A stretch of 63,198 nt of DNA, counting the filler, from Licmophora abbreviata (taxonomy: Eukaryota): assembly GCA_900291995.1 (NCBI GenBank). It is 6 parts of 6 records of this genome, joined end to end, with 100 filler letters (N's around TTAATTAATTAA, not from the genome) between each part and the next. Parts side by side here need not be neighbours in the genome. Positions count along the whole stretch, not along the records: positions 36,169 to 51,279 come from OLMU01003305.1; 5 more parts are not named here. One strand, given 5' to 3'. The notes under the pieces were generated by a model. The model saw nothing but the letters and a program-made list of their open reading frames with translations, searched no databases and had not been told where the DNA came from. The position numbers and the translations under genes are program-made. Each line of letters opens with the position of its first letter. Within the stretch, counting starts at the first letter, position 1. This document shows, one piece after another, positions 36,801 to 46,607 of this stretch.

Positions 36801-36965
36801 GCGCAGCCTTATCTTGGCGCTACGTCAACACGTCAAGAAGGTTTTATCGACGTGCCGTTAGAAGAGCAGAAGTGGGAGTATGTTGATGGCCAGAAGCTGG
36901 AGGGTAACATGATTCCGACGCTCAAGCGCCCTGTGGACATGGACATGGAATTGGTCGATTCGTAG
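33864..36965 (+). CDS. Multi-C2-domain transmembrane protein (MCTP-like), multi-exon, interrupted by the gap at 36069-36168; true start may be upstream (about 33637)
   Basis: C2 motifs ILMEIVSARDL..DPYCIVRCG..HRTKTI..PIW and IYVEIIGCDKLPNL|D..KTDPFV..LGVFDYDE..HDPVGRV, followed by TM segments; GT-AG introns. Confidence 0.8.
36069..36168. other. Assembly gap linker
   Basis: N44-TTAATTAATTAA-N44, inside the C2 gene. Confidence 0.98.
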
Positions 36966-37567
36966 GAGCGGAATAAATGACATGAGCGATGCCTACGGAA
37001 CACATGATGTATTCGCCGCGTAGGTGCCTGGAACTAAGTTGCACCTCTTTCCCCATTTGAAACTCTCTCATTGTACAGGTAGACTTATTGTAACAGTTGG
37101 ACATACATATGTAGCAACTCTATAGAGATGCCTCCCAATTTCAGGGTTGAGGTCGTTCGCGTCACCACAAGTTTACCGCTGGATCTACGAATAGTCTCTC
37201 ATCTGCCAGATTTCCAGGCGGAAGCGACGTTTCGATAGGGCTACATGTGCTAGCTCTGTGGCGATATCGCGATGAAAGCGGCTTCATTCAAATTGACATA
37301 CATCGAGATAAACATACCCCGCATATCGGCAGATAAGGGATGTCGCATTGTTGGCGGGTTCTGGAGTGGGAAGCAACCGCTCGATTACGATTCGCTAGAC
37401 GAAGTCAGTATGTGCTTTGTATTGCCGGACTCGTGTGAATAATGGACTCGCTACATGGTACTGCAGCTTATCGAAGTGTGAGGTTGCATTTGACTTTTCT
37501 ACTTTTATTTGATGCAAGGCCCTTACGAGTCCACACCCCTGTCTTCTCCCGCGTTCCCTTTTCTTTT

Positions 37568-38501
37568 TTAAAACAACAGAATAAGCCAACCAATAAAGAC
37601 GTAAAAGAAGCATACCGGAAAGACGGCCAACGCCCTTCGCGTCGTCGGAATGTACAATCCTATAAAGACGGTCGAAGCACGCGTTGCCCACAAGAAAGCA
37701 ATGATGATCCAAATCAAGTCCAACCACCACCACCCAATGGGAGTGAGCTTCAGCAATCCAACCACGAGTGCCGCGACGAGCATGGGAAAGACGCAATAGC
37801 CCATGACACACACACTTTGGAAGAAGGAAATGTTGCTTCCAAGGAGCTGGGCGTTCAAGGTGACAATAGCGGAACCAACCCATACGCTGAGGAATACGGC
37901 AGCAAAGACCATGCTCGCTTGGTTGGTGGGAGCGCGGAGGGACAAGAGGACGCTCATGGCCAAACATACAACGAGCGGGCCCCTGCGCGTGATGAGAGAA
38001 GACGAGGAGAATGAATGCAAGCATAGCGTGAGGGTGTGACAGGTAGGAAGGAGACTCAGTCGAAGGTTCGCTGCAGTGAAGACGCCACTCGACAGAAGCA
38101 AAGAGTCAAGGAAAGACAAGATTCGACGACGCAGGCAGGTCCCTCGCTGCGAATCGTGCCGATAGCATCAGTCGGCAGTGTACGCCTTACCACAGATCCC
38201 AGTCCTTTAATCGTTCCAGGACTTTCTTTTGATTTTCACTGAGCTCCTCTGCTGGCTGTGCGTCTCCGTCGTCACTGCTGTCGACGCCGCTGTAGCCGAA
38301 GGGAGACGTGCGATCGAGCGGGAGCATGACGACTCGCAGCTTGCTGGCGACGGCACGCACGTCTCTCATGATCGTTTCCGCGACGGGCTCGTCCAGTGTC
38401 GAGAACGGCGCCAGCAGCATGCTCTGGCCGTCATCTTCAATGGTAGGGGGCGGGGCACCGGACGGATTGGCCCACGTGGGAGCGGCGGAAGTGTTGGCCA
38501 T
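37568..38501 (-). CDS. YIPF6: Yip1-domain Golgi protein YIPF6/Yip4, 2 exons (38501-38191, 37982-37568)
   Basis: STLDEPVAETIMRD, LKDWDLW|GPLVVCL, SFFQSVCVMGYCVFP, RRALAVFPV. Confidence 0.92.
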
Positions 38502-38775
38502 GGTGCAGAAGAGTGAGATTGTTATAGCAGCGAGGCGCGGTGCGGCGCGGTCATTGTGTGTCCCGATCACGTGGACAGAATGACGGACGGTCGAACCCAG
38601 AAAAATGAAAAATCAGAAAAGAGTTCGAACTTCGAAAAAAGTGCGAGCGTTGACCATGGCCACATCATAGTCTAACTAACGGCAGTCAATGACTTACTCA
38701 GTACAGCTTACTTTCAATGCTGTTTGAGATGGATGAAGTGAGTGCCGCCACATTCTTCCTAAACACACGCGTCCC

Positions 38776-39534
38776 ATGGCATCGTTCTTGAATACGCTCG
38801 GAGGTCCCTTGTTTGCAGTACAGTGGCGTGGAGTACTCTGTCCGTGTCTAGAAAAGGCAGACGACCGCAAAGCCCGCAAGGCGCTCGCCTTCCTACAACA
38901 CTACCATGTCTCTTGGCTCAAAGGCGGGGGAGAGAGAGCGGCAGGGATACTGTCGGGGTGGCTGGGAGGTGGAAGCAAGAATTCTCCGGCCAATGCAGAC
39001 TCGACTACCGCAGAACTGGTCTTTGTGGATGCCGCGTCGGGACATCCACAACTACAGGTACAGCCCCTGCCCGATGACTCTGATGAGCAGCCTGGCGGCA
39101 TTCGACTCTCCAAGTCGGGAGGGTATATCAAGACAATATCATTGAAGGACTGTGTCAAAGTAGTTGCTACCTCTGACACTCTTGTCCTGCAAGGAAACCC
39201 TCCCAATACGACAAAGGGTGCAGCACCAAAAGACCTCCTTCGATTTCAGTTGCTATCCCAAGACGACGTCCAGGAAGTGCAAGGCGCCTTGCAAGAGATC
39301 ATTTCATGGGAGGCGCGGCGGCTGGACGCGATCCCCGAAGACGAGCGCGAAGTGGACGTGGAACATGGTTTGCAAGCGCGAGCGCAAAAGGCAGCACACT
39401 TTGCAAAGCGGGAAATTGAAATGAAACAACAGCGACGACAACGAGAAGAACGCAAAGCGAAGTACGTCAAAGAAGCGGGTGGACTCAAGTACACTGCACT
39501 TGCCATGGCAAATCGAGAAGCGGAACTATCATGA
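38776..39534 (+). CDS. Hypothetical protein with C-terminal coiled coil
   Basis: Intact 252-aa ORF; HFAKREIEMKQQRRQREERKAKY..GGLKYTALAMA. Confidence 0.7.
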   Translation: MASFLNTLGGPLFAVQWRGVLCPCLEKADDRKARKALAFLQHYHVSWLKGGGERAAGILSGWLGGGSKNSPANADSTTAELVFVDAASGHPQLQVQPLPDDSDEQPGGIRLSKSGGYIKTISLKDCVKVVATSDTLVLQGNPPNTTKGAAPKDLLRFQLLSQDDVQEVQGALQEIISWEARRLDAIPEDEREVDVEHGLQARAQKAAHFAKREIEMKQQRRQREERKAKYVKEAGGLKYTALAMANREAELS

Positions 39535-39744
39535 AACTCGCCAGATCTAGACAGACTGATATTGACCGAATCAATTATTTTTATAGCTGCAACAATCTAC
39601 CATCATTTCATTCGTATATCATACTCTACGACACGAGACGACGTAAACCCTTAACCGCCATTTCCTTTTTCTAAAGTAGTTTCTAAATACTGTAGCTTGC
39701 CCCTGTCCTCTCATAGTCGCCTCGCACTAGATTCCGCACTCCTA

Positions 39745-40809
39745 CTAGCCACGATTGTTGCGGCCACGCCGAGGCCTCGCCGTCAGAACAACCTGGCGCA
39801 TCTGAAATCCGTTCGCTTCCAAAGCCTCGCGCGGTTTCGGCGTGTCAGCGCCCCACAACGTTTCCGCGGTTTCCTCGGCACCGACCGGAATGACAGAGTC
39901 TGGTGGGAGCGGGTATGAAAACGTACAAAAGTGAGTACACATCCGACCCGGCGAGAGCAGAATCTCAAGGCATTGATGTATCCAACAAAACTACTCACCA
40001 TCCGAGAGAGAAAACGATCTGGGTTCGACGGCTTCCACGGGAAGAGTCATCCACTCGCTTCCCTCCAGCTTCAAAGCGTGCTCCCAGGCCAGCGTAATCA
40101 TACCGGCTTCGTTGTAAGTATACGTTCCTTCCGCCAAGAATGCGCCACTGTCTGCCATGGACGTGTAGGCACCCGTTCCCAACTTGACACGAGCAGATCC
40201 AATCGCAAGATCAAGCGTCCCCGATTTCATCGACACAGACTTTTCTTCCAAGGCATCCTTGACTTCCTGCATCAAGTCCTCGTGCCACTTGGGCTGCGGC
40301 GGAGGTCGTTCCTTCTTGGTGCGACCGTCATTTTCGCCTTCCGCGTCGTCGTTGCGGGCCTTGCGTGAATGACGAATGCGCGGCCCCGTGCAAGGTCCAC
40401 CCCCCGGTGCCGTCACGTTGACCGCCTTGAGCTTGCCGTCGTCGTCGGTGACGACCTCAAACTCCACGTTCCAGCCTTCGCCCTGTGAAATTTGATTGGC
40501 ATGGGTACAAAGCTATCGTGAGAAGATCCGCAGTTTTCATTCGCGGGCAGAAAAGGAATTTGTCAAAGCAGCGTATCTTTCGCCATCTGTACAATTTCGT
40601 ATAGATCCTACGGTCGATAGTCCACATTCCAATTTTCAAGATTCCCTCATGAAGCGAACACTCACCAGGCTGCGATACCCCTCGCTGGATACAGTCGTCT
40701 GATGGACGAAGATATCTTCCTCTGTCGGCGAATTATCGCTCGTCGGTGTCACGAAACCATACCCCTTTCGATTGGAGAACCACTTGACCGTTCCTTGGAT
40801 TCGAGACAT
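39745..40809 (-). CDS. Cold-shock domain protein, 3 exons (40809-40666, 40482-39999, 39899-39745)
   Basis: GTVKWFSNRKGYGFV (RNP1), DIFVHQT (RNP2), GYRSL|GEGWNVEFEV..KAVNVTAPGG. Confidence 0.92.
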
Positions 40810-41056
40810 CGTTAAAAACCTGAAGAATGAAGCGTTCGTGCCTACGAGTAGAGCCAATGGTTGTCGCTCGTTGTGCGAAAAGAAAAATGAAATGGTGAGA
40901 GACACTGAACTTTGTGACCGCCTGTCGTTCGTCATTCGCCCGCCAGGCGTGCGCGACACGCGCATCCGAACGACACCTTCGACTCAATGGAGGACTATCG
41001 TAAACCCATAGACACGTTACGCAGCTGCTCTTAGCATTGCCCTATGCTGAGCCTAT

Positions 41057-42007
41057 TCATTCTACTCCTACATTACACTCCTTCCAGCCATAAAACCGTA
41101 GAGAATTGGCATAGCAAGCTTCGGCGAGCTCCCTGACTGAGATGCCCCTCACTCCTGATACGACCTCGGCTACTTGTACGATATTCGCCGGCTCGTTCCT
41201 CCCCTTGACCGCAAAACCCTTTTCATATTTCTTTTCTGGTCGAGCCTCTAAATGTGTCTCGACAAATTCATAGCCAGCATGTGTGCGCTTGATATCGCAG
41301 TAGGGACAGTCCGTCTCGAGCAGGATTCTATCTAGAGGAAGACTCTTGACAACCTCGAGATTCTCTTTCGTCTTCAAGCTGCAGCCGTTCAAGCCAATGT
41401 AAAGACCAAGATCCAGAAATCTGGCTGCAAGCTCGGCTGTATCATCAAACGTATGTACTACTCCTGTGCGCCACTTGTCCCTGTGCTCAACCAATAGATC
41501 GTACAAGTCCATGCCGACGTTGCGATTGTGCAGAAACAGTGGGAGTTGTGTTTCTTGCGCCAGCTGAAGCTGCAATTCAAAATATTTTCTCTGCACATCC
41601 TTGGGGCAAAACTCGAGTCGATCATAATCCAACCCCATTTCACCGACGGCGGCGACGACTCCATCCGACATGCCGTCTTTGGCAATCTGTTGGAGCTCGT
41701 CCAAATGTTCCAGCGGATCTCTGTCACTATTCTCAAACTCAAGACTGCGAGTCGGATGTACTCCAACCGTACAGTATAGTTCACAGTCCGTCAGGTTGGA
41801 CTTTCTCAGCTCCCTTACTTTTGATACCGCTTCCTGGCTTTCCTCCAGTGTCCCTGCTGTCAACACCAGGTGTCGAATGCCTGCGCGACTCGCCCGTGCC
41901 AAAACGACGTCGAAGTCAGGTTCATGCCGCAATTTTCCACGGTAGGACCCTTTGGTGAAGCGCTCATCCAGTAAATTGGCCCCGATATCCACGTAACGAC
42001 TGTTCAT
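41057..42007 (-). CDS. TATDN1: TatD family deoxyribonuclease (TATDN1-like)
   Basis: YVDIGANL, CTVGVHPTR, VGEMGLDYDRL, LPLFLHNR, GVVHTFD, LLETDCPY, GRNEPANI. Confidence 0.93.
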   Translation of the reverse strand: MNSRYVDIGANLLDERFTKGSYRGKLRHEPDFDVVLARASRAGIRHLVLTAGTLEESQEAVSKVRELRKSNLTDCELYCTVGVHPTRSLEFENSDRDPLEHLDELQQIAKDGMSDGVVAAVGEMGLDYDRLEFCPKDVQRKYFELQLQLAQETQLPLFLHNRNVGMDLYDLLVEHRDKWRTGVVHTFDDTAELAARFLDLGLYIGLNGCSLKTKENLEVVKSLPLDRILLETDCPYCDIKRTHAGYEFVETHLEARPEKKYEKGFAVKGRNEPANIVQVAEVVSGVRGISVRELAEACYANSLRFYGWKECNVGVE

Positions 42008-42725
42008 GGATGCACACGTAGTGAGATGCCGCCGGTGCCGCTGGAAGGAACGGAAAGAAGTCCGAACGAACGAGGCTCTCGTTGCGCCGCAAAGAATATG
42101 GGGAAGGCAGATCCAAGCCAACCGAGTGGAAATGAGTCTATAGACTGGAATTTTGAAAGAGTACCCAGGCTGTACTGTGATGAAGAAGAGGAGAGATATC
42201 GGCACCGGGGTACCTGACAGTTGTTGTCGTGGATTGTGTGTTCAGATTGATTGATTCATTCCATTCATTCCGTCCGTCCGGTTTTGAGCGGCGGCAGCCA
42301 CACACACACACACACCGGACGATTGACCGACGAGCTGAAGCCAGACATTCAAACATGCGCGATTGGGACAGGTGGTATGAGCCACTCTCTTCCTATTTCC
42401 ACGTGCGATTTCATGTAGGTAAGACGCTTGTGCGTTTTCATTAGAAGTATTCCCATGATTGAAATGTCTCAAGGCTTAATCATGGAAATATCAAATAGTG
42501 CGTGATTGAGACGTAGTCGCAGGACGGGATCTGCTTTATTTGTCGTACTACGTGTAACGAGAGTTTACAGGGCATCAGGCATAATTCCCTTCCCGCGTCA
42601 CAAATTCAAATCCCGTGCGTAATTTCCAACTCTCGTGTTGAGCATGTGCTGTTGCGATCCCATTGTTCGATCCCTCTGAAACAGAAGGATCCATTTTTGT
42701 TGTATCGTTCGATCATTCAGTCACC

Positions 42726-44009
42726 ATGAGCAACCAATGCCGTGCAGATGAGTACCACGAGGATGATGACTCCGAATCCTGTGAGGAATCCGGTGAGGAC
42801 GAAGTAGTGGATCCACACGATTTGGACGTTCTTCTTGGCAAGGATAAGTACTGTTTCAATCATGTTGGAAACTTTTGCTTTCGTCTAGTAGTCAACTTGG
42901 GCCTTCAAGCCTATGCGAAAGCGACGAATCGCCGAAGGAAAAGCGACATCATTCGATACATTGTTACCGCCATCATTCAATCGGGAGGGCGGTTCATTCG
43001 CAGCAGCGAAAAGGATTCTAACGTGTGGAAGGCTGTCGACTTTAAGCATGCTCGCGAAAAGGTTGGTCATGCCATCCGCGACGCTCTTCAGACACGTACA
43101 AGACAGCAGAAGGCAAGCACGACACGGCCACCGCATGCTTTCGCTACATCCTCTACCATCAATGATCTTGCCTACCGTTTCAACTGGGCAGAGTTGTGTG
43201 GAAAGGAGCGAGAAAAACGACAAGTCGCATCAGAGCAAAAAAGTAGAGGCAAGTGCCAACAACCCTCAAACATTATGTCGATGGATGATATCGACATTTT
43301 TACGATGATTAACCAAGAGCAAGCCCGCGGCTTGATCGATAGCATCGGACCTAACTCACCTTTCTCGCACAAGAGAAGAAGCTTCCCTGACGATAGCATG
43401 TATCCCAACAAGATGCCCAAGAGAGTATCAACTGACTTGTCCCCAGCGGCATTCGCCTGCGAGACGAGCTGGACCCCCAAGAATGGGGCGCCTATTCTAT
43501 TTACGCTGCCCAGAGGTGATCCCATACCATCGGCTCCACAGCTTTCTCAAGAACCAAAGGAGACGATCTCTCCGAAGTCATCTTCCTTGCTTCGACTGAT
43601 CACTTCGGATGCAGAGAATGCGGCACTGGACGCGCTCGAAGGCGTCAACGCTGAAGCACAGCCGCATAGTGTCACGTCTAGCGAAGGCGATGATGACGAT
43701 GAGAGCTATCCCAACAGTCCACGGACAAAAGAGCATGCTTTCTCCGACGTGTTCACATGCGTGCAGGACCACATTCCTTCGAGCGAAGAATTCATCGAGG
43801 ATTTCCATGGTGTTCTTCGTGAGGACGCGGCCTCTCTGTCTCGGAATCCATCAAGGGATAGCCTTCTTCTCGGCGATGTGGACCGAGGAATCAGTCCTCT
43901 TCCGTTCGACCACCACCACCATTATCACCACGATGATTTGCCTCACCACAACGACGTTCCGCTGTGGGAGCGCGTCGCCACGGAACTAGAGAGCTTTGAC
44001 ACTCCCTAA
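42726..44009 (+). CDS. DUF6824-domain protein
   Basis: DVLLGKD..HVGNFCFRLVV..IVTAIIQSGGRFIR..W..AREKVGHAIRD; M at 42726. Confidence 0.85.
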   Translation: MSNQCRADEYHEDDDSESCEESGEDEVVDPHDLDVLLGKDKYCFNHVGNFCFRLVVNLGLQAYAKATNRRRKSDIIRYIVTAIIQSGGRFIRSSEKDSNVWKAVDFKHAREKVGHAIRDALQTRTRQQKASTTRPPHAFATSSTINDLAYRFNWAELCGKEREKRQVASEQKSRGKCQQPSNIMSMDDIDIFTMINQEQARGLIDSIGPNSPFSHKRRSFPDDSMYPNKMPKRVSTDLSPAAFACETSWTPKNGAPILFTLPRGDPIPSAPQLSQEPKETISPKSSSLLRLITSDAENAALDALEGVNAEAQPHSVTSSEGDDDDESYPNSPRTKEHAFSDVFTCVQDHIPSSEEFIEDFHGVLREDAASLSRNPSRDSLLLGDVDRGISPLPFDHHHHYHHDDLPHHNDVPLWERVATELESFDTP

Positions 44010-44105
44010 ATGTCTGTAGTGCGAGTCATTATTTTTAGCTACGTATTCTCGTGGGAAGTAACTGTCCCTAAATGACCATAGCTAGTTGTACTTCGGCTTG
44101 TCGTT

Positions 44106-46229
44106 TTACGACTCACCACTACCATCCGACTTGACTTCCGACTGCAGCTGCAGTGCAGAAAGCGATTCCACTTGACGTCGTAAGTTTTGAATAAGTTGAT
44201 CCTTCTCGGTAATTACTTTCTCCTTCTCTTTCAACTGCTCTCGCAATATATGCTGCTCAACCACAACATGGGACGTACACAAGTCGCGGGCAGTTGGTCG
44301 CTTCTTTGGATTCGACTGGGTGCAAGACAAAACAATCATAGCTACTTGGGGACAATCTTCCGACAGCGAATCCGGCACTGATCCTGCTCTACAGTCTCGA
44401 AAGACTAGTATTCGCTCGTGTTCCGTAGAAAAATTGCACACCAGCTCCAACAAGATGAGTCCCAAGCTGAAAATATCGGCTTCGGGCCCATAAGCTCGCG
44501 AAGCGACTTGTTCCGGTGCGGCATACGAGGCCGTGCCGATCCCCGCAGTTAGCGGATCATTCCAGCTGGAGTCTTCGCCCGGAGTCTCGCCGGACCGCAG
44601 CAACGGCCGCATAGGCGTCACATTAGAAGAATCGACTCCCTTGAAAAAGTCTCGGCCGCGATTGGCAGACCGCAGCAGTTTCGATAGACCGAAGTCACCG
44701 ATCTTGAACTGGCCATCTTCTCCAGCGAATATGTTGGCGGGTTTCAAATCCCGGTGAATGATTCCTTTGGCATGGATATGCTCGAGGCCTCGCACTAACT
44801 GAGAGAATATTGATACCGCCGTCGCAGCTCGACTGGAAACAGAGGCGGAAGGATCCAGCTGTCGAATCCAGTCAGCAAGCGTCGACGGGTGACACAGCTG
44901 CATTTGTATGAACATGCAGATCTGGTATCGGTAGCTAGGTTTTCGTTGTTCTTCAGTCCCTTTGAACCCTTTATGGCGACACCACGACGATCCACCACGT
45001 CCTACAGAAGAGTCATCCTTGGTACCGCCGCTCTCGACAGTCCATTCGTCGTATTCGTCCGCATCGGCCGCCATATCAAAGGGGTCTCGACAAGTGTCAT
45101 CAAACGAGAATCGCCTCGACGGCGGTTTGTTCGACGGAGGCGATGCAATACTATCTGGTACACCTCCTCCGACCAGTACCATTTGTTGAATGTCAGTCAG
45201 TAGGCGCTGCTGCGTGTGTTGTGCGTCAATCGTTGATGCTCCTGTGCTTCCCGTCATCCAGCTCGGTTCCAGCCACGAAGTGTAGTATCGCACGCAATTT
45301 GGATGATCGCATAGCGCCAAGCAGCGAATCTCGCGTACCACTTGCGCAACGGAATCATTGCTGTAGCCGGTAGCCGAGAATGCTACGCGTTTGATTGCGT
45401 ATTCTCTGCCATCCATTTTGTTCACCGCCCGATACACGTGGCCAAAGGCACCCGAACTAATCAATTGGGCTTGGTGGAACTCTCGCTGATACCGTGACAA
45501 CGAAAGTGGGTGATGTTCTGCTTGCCACGACGACGGTTCTGAGGCAGTCCTCTGAAATGACGGAGACGACGCGCTCCTCTGCGCTTTCGGACGAGACTCA
45601 TCTTGAGCAAGCTGTGTGCGGATTTCCGAAGCCTCTTGAGTCCTCAGAAACTGACCGGCATCAAGGGATTGCATTCGTTGAGGGGGGCCTCGGCGCGCGG
45701 TCCGCAGCTGCCTCTGTGCCGGAGGTGCAACAACCAAGGCAAGTTCGTCCGCTGCATCGCGTGATGGCACATGCTGCGGACAGCCTGGCTGTTCCACAGC
45801 TACTGTAGCCATAGCAGTTGCCGAGGCATGGGCCTCGGCATTAGTGTATTCCACAGCAGGACGCTTTGGCACCAACCCCAGATCGAAGAGAAATCGTATC
45901 GAGTCACGATCGAGAATTCCTCTTTCAAAGAGTTCGAGAACGTGGACGGTGAACGTCCTCGGCGTAGGGTCGTGAAGCGCACACACCTGTGCCAGTAGCA
46001 TCAACAGCAGTATTTGTCGTTCCTTGTCGGCTGGTTCCGCTTCCGCCGGTTGTTGCGACGGAGAAAGTGGTCGCTCCTCCGTCCGCTGGTTTGAAAACGA
46101 GCCATAGATAGATTCCGCCGAAGTTCCAGAGAAGGACTGGCCTGGGCGACCATTTCGAGGCGGTCCGTCTACCTCGTTGTCCCAAGAAGTCGACGAATAC
46201 GATGAGTCGCTGCTGCTATCATCGGGCAT
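44106..46229 (-). CDS. eIF2-alpha kinase, HRI (EIF2AK1)-like
   Basis: SRYQREF..ISSGAFGHV..YAIK, long kinase insert, YQICMFIQMQLC, HRDLKPANIF, KIGDFGL, T-x-GIGTASYAAPEQ; HRI-like N-terminal QILLLMLLAQVC; C-terminal coiled coil. Confidence 0.88.
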   Translation of the reverse strand: MPDDSSSDSSYSSTSWDNEVDGPPRNGRPGQSFSGTSAESIYGSFSNQRTEERPLSPSQQPAEAEPADKERQILLLMLLAQVCALHDPTPRTFTVHVLELFERGILDRDSIRFLFDLGLVPKRPAVEYTNAEAHASATAMATVAVEQPGCPQHVPSRDAADELALVVAPPAQRQLRTARRGPPQRMQSLDAGQFLRTQEASEIRTQLAQDESRPKAQRSASSPSFQRTASEPSSWQAEHHPLSLSRYQREFHQAQLISSGAFGHVYRAVNKMDGREYAIKRVAFSATGYSNDSVAQVVREIRCLALCDHPNCVRYYTSWLEPSWMTGSTGASTIDAQHTQQRLLTDIQQMVLVGGGVPDSIASPPSNKPPSRRFSFDDTCRDPFDMAADADEYDEWTVESGGTKDDSSVGRGGSSWCRHKGFKGTEEQRKPSYRYQICMFIQMQLCHPSTLADWIRQLDPSASVSSRAATAVSIFSQLVRGLEHIHAKGIIHRDLKPANIFAGEDGQFKIGDFGLSKLLRSANRGRDFFKGVDSSNVTPMRPLLRSGETPGEDSSWNDPLTAGIGTASYAAPEQVASRAYGPEADIFSLGLILLELVCNFSTEHERILVFRDCRAGSVPDSLSEDCPQVAMIVLSCTQSNPKKRPTARDLCTSHVVVEQHILREQLKEKEKVITEKDQLIQNLRRQVESLSALQLQSEVKSDGSGES

Positions 46230-46607
46230 CTTCACTTGAATCCGATAAGCGTTAAATGGAACAAGAGTCAAGCTTCTTTCATCTCGTCGTATGCAGTGGC
46301 TCGGGGCGGCCGTACCAGGTAGCAAATGCACCGCGAATAACCCTCAATCTGTTGTGTATGGACGCGATGAACTTTACTTCATCACTCGTCACTCTTTTCA
46401 ACTTCCCAAATTTCAATTTTCAATTTTGGAAGCTAGCGGAGCTTCAGTCCATATCCACGTCTCACTGAGAATCGAATGAATCATTAATGGTACTCTTCTC
46501 GCGTAGACGCATACGGGGCCAACTTTCTGTCCATCCAAAAAACAAAACAGATTCGACTTGACTCGATTCATTCACTCAACTGGATTGATTCTGATTGACG
46601 ACTGACC

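Noticed and set aside
42008..42205. N-terminal targeting extension of TatD
   Set aside because: The frame is open and Arg-rich but begins at GTG with no in-frame ATG or clear upstream exon.
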